Source: Selaginella moellendorffii | Lineage: Eukaryota; Plantae; Lycopodiophyta | Direction of reading: 5' to 3' | Length of the DNA: 64,000 nt | NCBI RefSeq assembly: GCF_000143415.4 | Contig: NW_003314346.1 | Location: 315,270 to 379,269, forward strand | Shown: positions 38,532 to 50,920 of the stretch, in pieces | Position numbering within the stretch: the stretch's first letter is position 1 | Layout of the letters: each line of letters begins with the position of its first letter | Notes under the pieces: model-generated | Seen by the model: only the letters and a program-made list of their open reading frames with translations | Databases searched by the model: none | What the model was told of the DNA's origin: nothing | Translations under genes and position numbers: made by a program

Positions 38532-38640
38532 TCAGGACCAAGAACGAGACCGAGGCCGAGGCCGAGACCGAGCCCGAGCCCGAGTCTGAGTCCAAGTCTG
38601 AGTCCGAGTCCGAGTCCGAGTCCGAGTTCGAGTCTGAGAG
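38067..38640. repeat. Minisatellite in 3' LTR
   Basis: Same array as 32225-32745 with extra units. Confidence 0.9.
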
Positions 38641-41600
38641 GGTGAAAGCCCAAAGCGTTCGTCTCCCAGACCCTGGGGGGTTTGGTGAGCTCCAAAAGTA
38701 TAGTAGGGGGAGGACTGCAGTGGAGCTAGTTTGGCCAGGAAAGGCCAGTTTGGCCCAGGAAGGCCGGACCCAATGTTGGGTGATGAGCTTCCCACTGGGA
38801 AGTCCAAGACTAGAGTGAACACGGACCGACAAGCGGGGTAGCTTGGTGAAGTGTCCAAGAGCCGGCTCTAGTTCCCCCGGGAGATCGACTGGCCGATGCT
38901 CCCAGTCCAAGTGTGGGTGGCACTACCTACTTGGATACCTGGTGTGGCTCAACAGAACCCACTCTAATCCCATGGCTAGAGCACCCAAGGGCAGAAGGCG
39001 AGGAGAGTACCCAGGTGGCTCGCGTAAGGCCACGGTGTTCCGAAATGTTGTCCCAAAGGCCCAGACTGTGGAAAGGAAGAGGAGCAGTCCTCTAGGGTAG
39101 TGACCAAGGACACAGTCGTGTGGTGAGGAAGTCCCAGAGGACTGTGGGACTTAGTGGTCGGGCCTGTGGGTCTCGATCCAGTGGCAGTGTTGGCAAACAC
39201 GACCAGGGGCAGAAAGGGACTTAGTGGGGACTGATAGAGGGATATTGGGGAAGGCTATTCCCCTTGTCGGTGGGCATCCTAAGGATGCTAAGGAGTGGAT
39301 TTGAGATGACCACTCACGGATGGTTTGCCTAGTCTTGGAGAGCCAAGACTGTGATGCAAGTGGTATTGGACTACCAGTGCGGCAAAGGTGATTGGGCATG
39401 GCCTTAGCGTAACGGGCTGCTATGCCGGTGGTACCTTTGAGTGTCGGTCATGGGATCGGACACGTGGAGCACTTGGACCAAGCGCAAATGTTGAGTGGCA
39501 TGGATGCCATTCTCGGGGCTAGCAAGTCCCAAGTCCTGGATTGGACTTATGGAGGTTGTGAATGAGACTCCTCCAAGTGGTCAGAGGTGTGGTTAAGTGA
39601 CTAAAGTAGAATGGAAAATTTAGTCTCTTACACATACAAGCCAACACTCCATTTGTGGAAGGTGTTCAATTAACACTTTGTCTCCTTCATGCCACCATAT
39701 GTATATTTCATTTGCTTTTGCCTCGTGTTCCTCTTTAGTTGGTGCATCCATCCATTTCCGACAAAGCTGCTTGAACTCATGATGGAAGGTAGACTTGATG
39801 CATTGGTAATATTCATTGATGCTCTTTGCCCAATGAAACTCATAACTCTTCTCTCTACCTTGTAATAGCTAACTTTTATCACCTCCGAATACTTGTTGTA
39901 CAGCCAACCAGTTAGCACCAGCAGCATCTGCCATGAAACCACAGAAGTTAGTTTCTTCCTGGTTCCCTATTCAACAATCTTGGATATACATATCTACAAG
40001 ACAGTTTGTGCTTGGAAATCTTGAATATTGAATTTGGCTATAGCTATAGTTAAATTGCACTACGACCTATAGAAGGAATGGTTATAATGTAAATCCGTAT
40101 AGATCCTTAAAAAATGAATAATCATAAATATGAACTCCCATTGTTGACCAGCCTAAAACTCATTTCATATGGTCGAAATGGATCCAAGAAGTAGCCAAGT
40201 CCCCATCTCCATCCATATCCATTCATTGTACAAAGTCCACACTAGAAGCAGGACCAAGGGTGGACATTTTAAAGATGAAAGGGCATTGACTGTTCGAAGT
40301 CACTTAGCTAACGAACAAACTCCCATGAATAAATTCATAGAGACATTTTCTTTTTAACTCCAAAATCACATCCAATCTAGATTAAAGCTTTCCATCTCAC
40401 CCTTCTTGCATCTAATTCTTTATTCCACTAAAAAAAAGAGGGTTTCTAGTGATAAAGTAGAGTTAAGTATTAACTTATACCTATTTAAATTTGTCACAGG
40501 TTCTATATTTTGAAGTAGGTCCTTCAAGCTGTTCTCTGTAAACCCTTTTATGCCATCAGCTTGTAGCAATGTGTCCACCACATAGTCCTTTAGTACAAAC
40601 TGTTGAACACACTTTGGAATTGCGGCACTTTTCTTCCCAGCCTTTGTAGTAACAATAGCCTTCAAATTGTGAAAAGAATCACAGCAAATTCCTTCCTCTA
40701 TTGTGTGTTCATGGCATCTAACATGCATTGTTGCTCTATCTAAACATCCATCCCGTGGAAGAAAAAAATACATTTTTTTATTGCAACATGCTTGACAAAC
40801 AAGTGTTGCCCTGCATTTACAATATCTAAACCCTGTAGCAACCTCATCACGTCTAGGGGGATTGATTGTTGAGCCTTCAAAGAAACACATATTCTTGCCA
40901 TGATCAGAAATGCATTTCTTAGCAACACATTGAAGCTGTCCACCATAATGGATTATGGACATAGATCTGTCGAAATGGGAGAAGTGGGTCGTCTTTACTC
41001 TGCACCAATTATGTGGATCAAAACGCATCTCCATGCCCCTCTTCCTGCTTGATAAATTGGCCAGTGGAAATTCAAAGAATATATTCCCATTATAGGAAGA
41101 TGGAAGCTCCTCACCTCTCCTGGAACTCCTTCATTTCCAACTATAATGATCAAGATTACTGAAATGCCTTATCCACCACTTCAAAAATTGATCCAGAAGG
41201 AATGCACCTACTTGTATGGGAAGCTATGTCAGGAAGCTCATCTTCTTCACTTTTGTCATTGAAGAGAATAACAACTTCATCTTTCAGTCCTTGCCCAGTT
41301 GGCTGTGAAATTGACATGCTCTCCTTTGTTCACTTTGGAGATCTTGTAACTAGAATCTCCTGATCTGTACATCTATCAAGATCCCACTGAATCCCATTCT
41401 CTCCCACACCACTTGATTAAACTTCAAGTAGAATTCTTTCATATCTTCTCCTTGCTCAAGCACTTAGAAAAAATTTGGGGAAAAACTAATAAGAAAGAAC
41501 AAAGATATTCTTTTGTATTGTGAACTTTAATTAGTTGTGTCCTTGCAAAAGACAAGTTAAATATTTTAACAAAATATATAACCGTTTAGAATTTAGAGAT

Positions 41601-41878
41601 ATATAAGAATCTTAAAGAGCCACCCATATTAATTGTATAATTGATTGTGAGAGGAATAATAATGTTGAAATGAATGGGGTTATGAGTGAGAGGTGCTGAT
41701 TAATCACGAGAGTTGTAGCATTAATTGTTTGTTTTCCCTCTCATCTCCATGCTCTTTTCCTTTCAAAAGACTTTCATTCTTTTGTGATAAATGAGAGAGA
41801 CCCAAGCTTGAAAAGGTTGGTTTGCATGCCACGTGGTTTTTTCACGTGAGAACCAACCTTTTTGAGTAGAGTCACTGG

Positions 41879-44800
41879 GTGCGCTTAGCCTATGACCTCA
41901 ACATGGCTATTTATACCTCTTTCATAGAGGTTGGATTCGGGCATACTGCTGGATCATTTATTGTGTTTTCATCATTCCCTAGAACAAATCGCATAGACAT
42001 GGTTATTTACGAGATTGAGCAAACTTGGGATCAAATATGGCAGAGGAAATCTCAGGAGTTTGATACTTTGATGGCATGCCACAAAGAGACACAAGCCTTT
42101 GTAGGCCAGATGTTCTTCATTATTGATGGAAACCACCGGTGGCTTGTGTTTTGAAAGTGTATCCAAAAGAAGTTCCAAGACAATGATGAGTAACATATTT
42201 GTGTTCCAGTGACACTTGTGGAGCCACAGGATCGAAACCAAGCTATGAGGCTGAACTTGGCATGTCACAAGATTAACATGTAAGAATCTTTTACTAATAA
42301 CCTTTGTTCTCACCAACTATATTACAGGCTTAATTAGTTTGCTTTCCAAGCACATACCTTGGTCCATGATATCAAGCACCTTTGATGTTTTGGCATGCTT
42401 TCTCTCGAGGAAATCCAAATGCTGTATAGTTATGAGGTTATGGAAGCAATTCAAATAGAGCTTATAACACGTAAAGGCCAAGAGTTGCTTACTTGGTATC
42501 AAGTGCCTATAAATTTTTTGGTTGCAGTTTGGGCAAAGGTATTCTTTTTCTTGCATGAACTTATGTTTTCTACTCATAAGTTTTCCTTTTAGCCAATTGT
42601 CAAAGTGGAGCAAAACTCATATTTGAAGATTACATAAGTGATGGATGAGGTGTAAAAAAACCTTGAACTACGATAAATTGAGTAGTGTATTTTGGACTCG
42701 AAAAAATCAAAGATGAAAAAGCTACTTGCGATTGTGGACATTTGATGTGATAAAAATTGGCTAGATTGTATTGCAAAGATATGCTCTCATGGTAGTAAGT
42801 TAGTCCCTTTTATCTTTCTCATTCCACTTTGAAATCCTTATCTTTGCAGGAAATGGTAAAGCACTTGAAGAATTGATTTATAACATTGCAAAAAGCAAGC
42901 TCTCCTTCAACGAACAAACCTCTTGCTTAGAGCTCCTCAACACTTAACATTGTAACAATGATAAAAGGTTGGAGAGCAAACTTGAGAATGTGATGAAGGA
43001 GAAGCTTTTTATCACTCAGAGTATTGCAGCTGCTGAGGAGCTACTTCAAGTATGGGATATGAAGTTCCTTACTAGTGTCTGCACTAGCATAACACTTCTA
43101 GAATATGTTTAAGCTTCCTTTCAAGAGCTTGGGGATGGATGGCTTCCTGATGGCAGCTCAAACTCTATAGATTTCAACAACTAGTCGGGCCACCTATTTT
43201 TCTCATGCCACATGGCATATAGGTATATTGCAAGAAATTGACTTGTTTATTTAATCATGGCTCTTTTGTAGGTATTTAAATCATTGCCTAGGTGCTCCAG
43301 TATACACCACAAGTGTTTTTCTTAAGCTCTTAATTGTTGGGAAGAAATTTGGCATATATGAGCCAGAGTTCCATTGTCCCATTGTGCATGTCCATGGTAC
43401 TTGGAGTTGTGGAGGCAAATACCATTGTCACCTTTTGAGCTTGATCACTACCTCGAGTGTCATCCACGTTTGAGGAGTAAAATTTCCTAGTAGTAATTTA
43501 TGTTTCTACTTTATTGTAGAGGCACGTTTGGAGGGAGTGGAGATGCCTCAAGAGGGGGATGAGATTCATATTGAGCAGACCGAAGATGAATGAGTGGAGA
43601 ACCTGGCTGAAAACTCTCTTGCCCCATCTCATCCTACAGCAGTTGCTCATTCCCCAAATCCTACTGCCGCTGCTCGTCCAGCCCCGACTGCTCAAAATGT
43701 ACGAAGGCAGCTCTATAGTGAGGACATCCAAGAGAGTAAGAACTTGATTTCCAATGACCTTGCTTATTGTAATTTGGTTGTGGATGTCAGAGAAACCAGC
43801 TAGCACTCTATACGTCGACATACAAATGCATTCTTTCCATCCCTCCCCACTACTACAGAGAATTGTTAGGCACCAGGTCAGGATAATAGGATAAAGAAAG
43901 GGCCCTAACATTAATATTAGGATCCTATCCCTTACACCTTAAGCCAACTGGCTAAAGGGGTGATTACTTTATTGCAGGGCCCTTTCTTTATCCTATTATC
44001 CTGACCTGGTGCCTAACAATCCTCCCCCTCATCAGGGAATGATTGTCTGCGATCATACTTAGGCCACCATCCAGTCCCCATGGTCCTTCTCTTAGGGTCT
44101 ACCAAACATTGGTTCTCCCTCTAGATCCACCATGTTGAATATTCCTTCAGAATATTCTTGCCCCACTCGTCAGCCATAAGAATCGAACTGAGCTCCGATA
44201 CCAATGTTAAGATCCTATCCCTTACACCCTAAGCCAACTGGCTAAAGGGGTGATCACTTTATTGCAGGACCCTTTCTTTATCTTATTATCCTGACCTGGT
44301 GCCTAACAAGGATGACCTCCAAGAGTTATCTTCATCCACTTCACATAAACAGGTATGAAAGAAGAAATGTATTAACTTTAATATTTCCCATTTTTGAACA
44401 CTATTCAAGTTCCCCCTCTTTTTCCTATGGGAAGTGTTGGCATTATTGGGGACTACTTTCAGCTTTCCAACAATGTGAGCCGAGAGTCTTTTATGTTCCA
44501 TTGATGGATGTGAGGATTGGGAATGAACAATACTTTCAGCATCAACCTTGCATTCTTCGACCTACCTAATGGGTTACCACCTTTACAAGGCGACACTCCA
44601 TCCTGGAACATCCTTTGACTGGACCATATTTCTCAAGTGGTGGATGTGGCATCCAAGGTGATGCAATATGAGGGCATTATGCTAGTCATTCTTCCCCATT
44701 CTTTATTTTGGGGAGGTCTTCTTGCAACGATGGCGGAGAATGATGACTCTAGATTGGTTGAGTTTGCATTAAGTTGCCTGCTCTCAAACATCCCAGTTGA

Positions 44801-45430
44801 AACAAAAGGAGTAGGTGGCCGAATCCAGAAGGTTTGCATTTCCTTATTTTTCATATCTTAAATTGATTGCTTCTTTTCATTATAGGTTTTAGCATGGAAC
44901 TACTATGCTCTCTGCCACTACTCTTGCCATCACAATATTACATGAGCTGATGAGCATGTAGATTTGGCATTGCCAGGATATGATAGCTCAATAGATATCA
45001 TCCCAAATGTCATCGACAAAGATCATCATATAGAGTTCCCTAGCTATCGACACCGTTCACCAAAGGCCATGCAAATCCTTCTAGAGTTGTTTTGTCCTCT
45101 TAAGGGGATTGTGCTTGATGCTACAGTAGGACTTGGTTCGATGGTGCTAGTGGCTAAAGAGACTAGGCATGCAGTTTTTGCACTATAGAAGGAGAGTGCA
45201 TTTGAAGGTGTTCTTGGGACATTTCATAACAGATGATAATAAAGTATAAATTTCTCATTATAGTAATTCAATCATGGTTGTGTATATTAGGTGGATCGAT
45301 GATGTGGGCTATAATTTGCCATGTTATGCAAAAGCAATGGCACAAGCTCATATACAACAAGAGCCCACAGTTAGAGAGCATAATACTATACAAACTCCTC
45401 CTTTTGTGGATGTGGATGCTGAGGAAGACT
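41879..45430 (+). pseudogene. MULE cargo gene: ParB-like domain plus beta-class N6/N4 amino-MTase-like domain (multi-exon, decayed)
   Basis: ParB-like QMFFIIDGNHRW…LACHKIN. MTase-like PSWN…VVDVASKVMQYEGIMLVIL and RHRSPKAMQILLELFCPLKGIVLDATVGLGSMVLVAKETRHAVFAL (motifs X-I-II at the C-terminus). GT-AG introns, many stops, TRIM insertion. Confidence 0.65.
43864..44308 (-). mobile_element. TRIM (104-bp LTRs) with an extra inverted LTR stub
   Basis: LTRs 44205-44308 and 43915-44018, PBS TGGTATCGGAGC, PPT GAGGGGGAGGAT, 186-bp internal region. Inverted 43-bp LTR start at 43864-43906. TSD AGAAT/AGGAT; empty site at ~45850. Confidence 0.9.
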
Positions 45431-45631
45431 AAGTTTTTTTTTTTATTCAAATTTTTTAGTGGTAATATAAAGTTTCTTCTGATATTTATTTTCTTATTAG
45501 ACTTATATTATTTAGGTTTTTCTGGACTAAAAATATGTCTTAAGTTTTGAATAGAATTGTTGGATCATCCCGAACCAATCATTTAAACATCAACTTTTGT
45601 ATTTGGTGGACTATATTGACTTTCATTGACT

Positions 45632-46975
45632 TGAGCTCAGAGCAATTGCTCATTCCCTGACACTGCTCATCCAGCCTTGATTGCTCAAAATGTATGAAAG
45701 CAGCTTCATAGTGAGGATGTCCAAGAGAGTAAGAACTTAATTTCCAATGATCTTGCTTATTGTAATTTGGTTGTAGATGTCAGAGAAACCAGCCAACACT
45801 CTATACACTGATGTATAAATGCATTCTTTCCATCCCTCCCCACTGTTACAGAGGATGACCTCCAAGAGCTATCTTCATCAGCTTCACATAAACAAGTATG
45901 AAAAAAAACATATGTTAACTTTAATATTTCTCGATTTTGAACACTATTCAGGTTCACCCTCTTTGTCCTATGGGAAGTGTTAGCAATGTGGAAATAGTTA
46001 TTGGGGACTACTTTTAGCTTTCCAACGACGTGAGCCAAGAGTCTTTTATGTTCCATAGATGGATGTGAGGATTGGGAATGAATAATACCTTCAACAAGGC
46101 TGCCTACTCTCAAACATCCCAGCTGAAACAAAAGGAGCAAGTGGCCGAATCCAAAAGGTTTACATTTCCTTATTTTTCATATCTTAACTGATTGCCTCCT
46201 TTTATTGTAGGTTTTATTATAGATCTACCATGTTCTTTGCCACTACTTGTGCTGTCACAATATTACATGAGCTAATGAGTATGTAAGTTTGGCATTGCAA
46301 GGATATGATAGCTTAACAGATATCATCTCAAATGTCATTGATGAGGACCATCATATAGAGTTCCCTGGCTATTGACACCATTCACCAAAAGCCATGCAAA
46401 TCCTCCTAGAGTTGTTTTGTCCTCCTAAGGGGATTGTGCTTGATGCTATAATAGGTTTTGGTTTGATGGTGCTAATGGCTAAAGAGACTAGTTGTGCAGT
46501 TTTTGCACTGGAGAAGGAGAGTGCATTTGAAGGTGTTTTTGGGACATTTCATAATAGGTGATAATAAAGTATAAAATTTCTCATTATAATAATTCAATCA
46601 TGGTTGTGTATATTAGGTGGATCGATGACATGGGCTATAATTTGCCATGTTATGCAAAAGCAATGGCACAAGCTCATATACAACAAGAGCCCACAGTTAG
46701 AGAGCATAATACTATACAAACTCCTCCTTTTGTGGATGTGGATGCCGAGGAAGGCTAAGTTTAGTTTTTCTTTTTAGTCAAAGTTTTTAGCGGTATTCTT
46801 CATTGACTTATGATATTTGTTTTCTTATTGGATTTATATTATTTAGGTTTTTCTTGGACTGAAAATATGTCTTAAGTTTTGAATAAAATTGTTGGTTCGT
46901 CCTGAACCAATCATTTGAACATCAACTTTTGTATTTAGTGGACTATATTGACTTTTATTGACTTGAGCTCAACTC
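45632..46975 (+). repeat. Tandem duplicate of the 3' half of the MULE cargo gene
   Basis: Repeats ~43640-45640 but lacks the TRIM and has an internal deletion near 46095. Retains GIVLDAIIGFG…VFALE. Confidence 0.85.
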
Positions 46976-46987
46976 AAAAATTACCTA

Positions 46988-47810
46988 GCCTTGGAAATGC
47001 TAGTGTGACAAAAGAAGGTTATACCCATATGGTAGGTGATGATATAACCACTAAAGAGTCTAAGGCTAGAGTGAATATGAATGGATAAGTGGGGTAACTT
47101 AGTGAAGTGTTCAATAGCCAACTCCAGCTCCCCGGGGAGATTAAATGGTCAATGCTCCCAATTCAAGTGTGGGTGGCACTACCTACTTAGATACTTAGCA
47201 TAGTTTTTGGAACCTCACTTTAGCCACATGACTAGGGCACCCAAAGGCAGAAGGTGGGGAGAGTATCTATGAGGCTCATATAAGGCTATGGTGTTTCAAA
47301 ATGTTATCTCAAAATTCTAAATTGTGGAAAAGAAGAGGAGCAGTCTTCTTATAAAGTGACCAAAGATGTGATTATATGGCAAGGAAGTCCCAAAAGTCAA
47401 TGGGATGCAATGGTTGGGCATTCAAGCCCTATCCCAATGGCAGTATTGGTGAACATGGCTAGGGATTTAGTGGGGACTAAAAAAGGGATGTTGGGGAAGA
47501 CTATTCTCTATATCTCCAGGCATCCTAAGAATGCTAAAGAATGGTTTTGGGATGACTATTCATGGACAGATGGCCTAGTTTCTGAGAGATGGGACTATAG
47601 ATTGGGCGGTCTAGGACTACCAATGAGACAAGGGTAAATGAGCATGGCCTTAACATAACAAATTAATATGTTAGTAGTACCTTTGGGGTGTTGGTCATAA
47701 GATTTGGCATGTGGAACATTTAGACCAAATATAAAGGCTAAGTGGCATAGATGCCATTCACAGGGCTAATAAGTCTTGAATTTGGGAATAAAACTTATAA
47801 AAGTTATTAT
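46988..47810 (+). mobile_element. Decayed partial LTR of the large non-coding LTR family
   Basis: Matches 32840-33665 (e.g. AAGTGTGGGTGGCACTACCTACTT, GCATCCTAAG) with C>T drift. Confidence 0.8.
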
Positions 47811-47849
47811 AAGGAACAAAAACACAACTAAAATGATAAAGCGTTCATT

Positions 47850-48682
47850 AGATGAGACCAAGTCCGAGATCAAGTCTAAATACTAATACAGGTCATGAGA
47901 TGAAAGCCTAAAGCATGTGTCTCCTAAGGGGGCAGGGGGGAGGGGGTTCCAAAAGTATAGTAGGTATAGTGATGTCTAAGAATTAGTCTTGAAGGAAATC
48001 TTCAGTAGTGCTTCCAAATTGGCTTGAGGTTGGGGCTTAAGGGCATTGGGTGGGAGTGAGTATGAACTCAGGTGGTGCCAGAGGGGCCACCCAAGGAAGT
48101 GCTCAAGAGCAACTTCCACTCCCAAAAAGAAAACCAACTATAATGCTCTCAGCTCATGTGGAGTGGTGCCTCATTTGAGTACCTTACAACTCATTGGCCC
48201 TCGCCTCTTTCTAGGGGCTTGGGCCTTCCCTTTGAGATAGAAGTTGGGGATTAGAGGTACTTATACCAGGCCTTTAGGCTACGGTGTTTCCCCACGGTGT
48301 CCTAAAGAAAGTGAAGCACCCAAAACTTGGGATTTAATGGGTCCCATGATCAAGTCTTATTATACTAAGGAATGTTAAGAACTTGGAGGCTTGGTATGCT
48401 TGGATGCTTGTGTTTACGGGGAATGTAGCCGAACCTTAAATCTAGTGTAACTTAGGGAGGGGGATTAAAAAAGAATTTGGGAATTCGTGGATGGATGGCT
48501 AACACTTCATTGTTCGTGCAGTGAGTAGCTGAAACCAAGTAGGACCAAATAGGAACTGGTACAATAGCCGGGAACCTTGGCGAGAGAACTTAGCTAAGGC
48601 CAAGGTAGTGTTAGTCAGACAGACAAAGTAAGCTGGCAAATTGGAAAGGAAAAATTTATAACTTACAATTTGGTATCGAAAC
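47850..48682 (+). mobile_element. Related LTR fragment ending at 48667 with tRNA-Met-like PBS
   Basis: TCCAAAAGTATAGTAGG is shared with the LARD LTR. Terminus GAAAAATTTATAACTTACA followed by ATTTGGTATCG. Confidence 0.6.
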
Positions 48683-50758
48683 CTTTTCTTTAGTTCTAGC
48701 CAAGGATAGAAGTAGATTGCTGAGAGATGGCAAAGGTAGTGCATAAACGAACCAAGGCAGCGAAGAAACTTCCTCTAGAGTTAGAGTTTTTGGTGGAACA
48801 AGAGGCTATGGATGAGGAATCCTTGTATGAGAAGGACTCCAATGAGGAAATTTCCAAATAAGAGTTTGGTGGTGAGGTTTGGTGGGGTTGGGTAATTTTT
48901 GAGTGAGGTTGACCAACATGCTTCTTCTATTGTGGCATGATTTATATATTTGTATAAAAATGACAAAAAAACTTGAGTAAACATTAAAAAAAAGTTTTTA
49001 AGAAAAATAGAAGCAATTTTCTTGGCGCTAGGAAGATTGGTTCATTGCCAAACCAATCTTCTAGCACCAAGAGAACAAAAGTAAAAAGAAAAGGAGTAGC
49101 TCTTTTAGTGAGTCTAGAGAGTGCAAATCTCCTCTTCGCTTGTAATCTAGCATGGAAGAGGACAAGGGCACTAGACGATTGGCTGCACGATGTTGGCCTC
49201 TATGAGTTCTCCCACATCATGGAGAAAGAGTACAAGATCGATATCACAAAAAAAATGCTTCTAGCTTTTTGAGAAGAAATGGTGTGTGCCCAAGAACACG
49301 AATATATCTTCACCACGGGCTACATTGCATGGGTATTCAAGCTTCCAAACAACGGAAAGCAAGTCACATCCATGTCGTGAACAAAAGGCATGCCACCAAG
49401 ATGCACAAAGATCATCAAGAACTACAACTTGGGAAGTTCACTTCAAATGAGCAGCATCACTAATGAGGCAAAGCCAAGGCTCAAGTTTCTCATCACAACT
49501 CTTGAGATGCACAAGTCAAGTAGCTCCACCAGCAAATCCATCATAACACTTGCAACACAAAATCAAAGTGGACATCACAAGCTACCTCCATGAAAAACTC
49601 ATCAAGGAAATCCACTCAACAACAAAACTGATCCACAACGGCCAAAAATATGAAACACTCGCACTCCCCTACGTTGCTGCACTCGTGCCAACTCTCGACT
49701 TGGCATTCCTAGTCAGTATGAAAGTACCTCTGACAACACTGCAGACTAGAAGAAAGCGGGAATGCATGTTGAAGAGAAGAGAGGATCTGCTCCACATATC
49801 TGATAAAGAAGACGAAGAGGAGGAAGAACAAGAGGACAAAAAAGAATTTTTGCCACTGACAACAATTGCACCAGCAAAGAGAACCAAAATAACAACAGGT
49901 TCACCCCCTACAAACAGGACAACCACAAGCCAAATCAAAAGCATCATCTCCAAGGAAGAACCAGAGGAAAAGAGTCAGGAACAAAATCAAGAAGTCCATA
50001 ATCACCTCAATCAATGGTGTAACAGTTCACACCAAGAAAGAAGGGCCAGCATCCCCACCTGCAGAAGTACCATTTGATGACAGCACTATGCCTCACCACC
50101 GTGAGCACCACAACATGGAGCATCCAGACCAGGAACAATGCAGGGATCCAAAGCAGGAGGGACGACACAAACCAAAGCTGCCACACAGGCTGCTCAGCTT
50201 GGCATTCCTCCAATTTGTCAATGAAGTCCAACACCTTCAGCTGACGTTGCAGATGCCAATCCTAGCAGACTTCACACGACAGTTCCACAACGAACAGATG
50301 AGCATCTTTCTACATGACAGAGTATAGGCCATGATCAATGCAGTCATCTTCCAGCCTTTGGATGCAAAGCTCAACAAGATCTAGAGTGACATCCAGCAAC
50401 TCAAAAGGAGCATTTGAGGTACATCCTTCTAGGGGACAGTATGTGTGGAGACACAACGCATCAATGATGAGCTTGCTAAAGAAAATGCAAAGCTCCATAG
50501 TGAGATTTGCATTCTGAAGGTGAAGCAGCCTATAGTAAAATGAAAGTGAGCACAATCAGGAGAATGACAATGATGAAGAGTTCCATTAACAACTCAACAA
50601 ATTCAAGGTCAAACTCATAGGAAATTCAATGCCAACAAAGCCAACCGACATAATGGAGTAGTAGGAGCTTGAGATGAAGCTCTATTCAGTCATGGAAGAG
50701 TGAAATACACCAGATTAAATATGCATTCCAACATTTTCTTGACAATCAGGATTACAAC

Positions 50759-50920
50759 TGTAGCGCACCTTATCTCTCTCCCCTTAAGCCAACTGGAAAA
50801 GGGGCAATTGCTTGATGAGAGAGCCCTTAGTGGCTATTTTATCCCCATTTATCCCCCAAGGTTCCAAGGATCCACGGTGACAGTATATCCAAATCTCATC
50901 CCATGATCACATGCGCTACA
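50759..50920. mobile_element. Solo LTR, 162 bp
   Basis: Inverted ends TGTAGCGCA…TGCGCTACA with 5-bp TSD ACAAC. Confidence 0.85.

Larger units (their letters stand above)
31995..39632 (+). mobile_element. Non-autonomous large LTR retrotransposon derivative (LARD-like)
   Basis: LTRs 31995-33738 and 37837-39632 are near-identical, TG…CA. TSD CATAC. PBS TGGTATCAGAGC at 33742. PPT GGGTGGTGGAG. The 4.1-kb internal region has no ORF over 100 aa. Confidence 0.92.
30598..41318 (-). pseudogene. MULE-type transposase (Cys-rich N-terminus, DDE, SWIM), split by an LTR element at 31995-39632
   Basis: Manual translation gives LPSSYNGNIFFEFP…DPHNW…GGQLQC; WIHFDHMK*VLGWSTMGVHIYD (D1); FCGFMADAAGANWLAVQQVFG…REKSYEFHW (D2 plus CxxH-like); VSES at ~31840 (E); SWIM TCPDF…ACKHIYYIF. 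Many stops. Confidence 0.75.
30416..46987 (-). mobile_element. Decayed Mutator-like DNA transposon with divergent cargo gene
   Basis: Contains the transposase pseudogene and cargo listed below. Degenerate inverted ends GGGTACGTTTTGAGCTC (30416) and GAGCTCAACTCAAAAATTACCT (46965-46986). No TSD found, so boundaries are tentative. Confidence 0.55.

Noticed and set aside
49045-50700. Frameshifted coding-like region (acidic/coiled-coil)
   Set aside because: Probably a decayed retrotransposon accessory ORF, but I cannot assign a family from the sequence.
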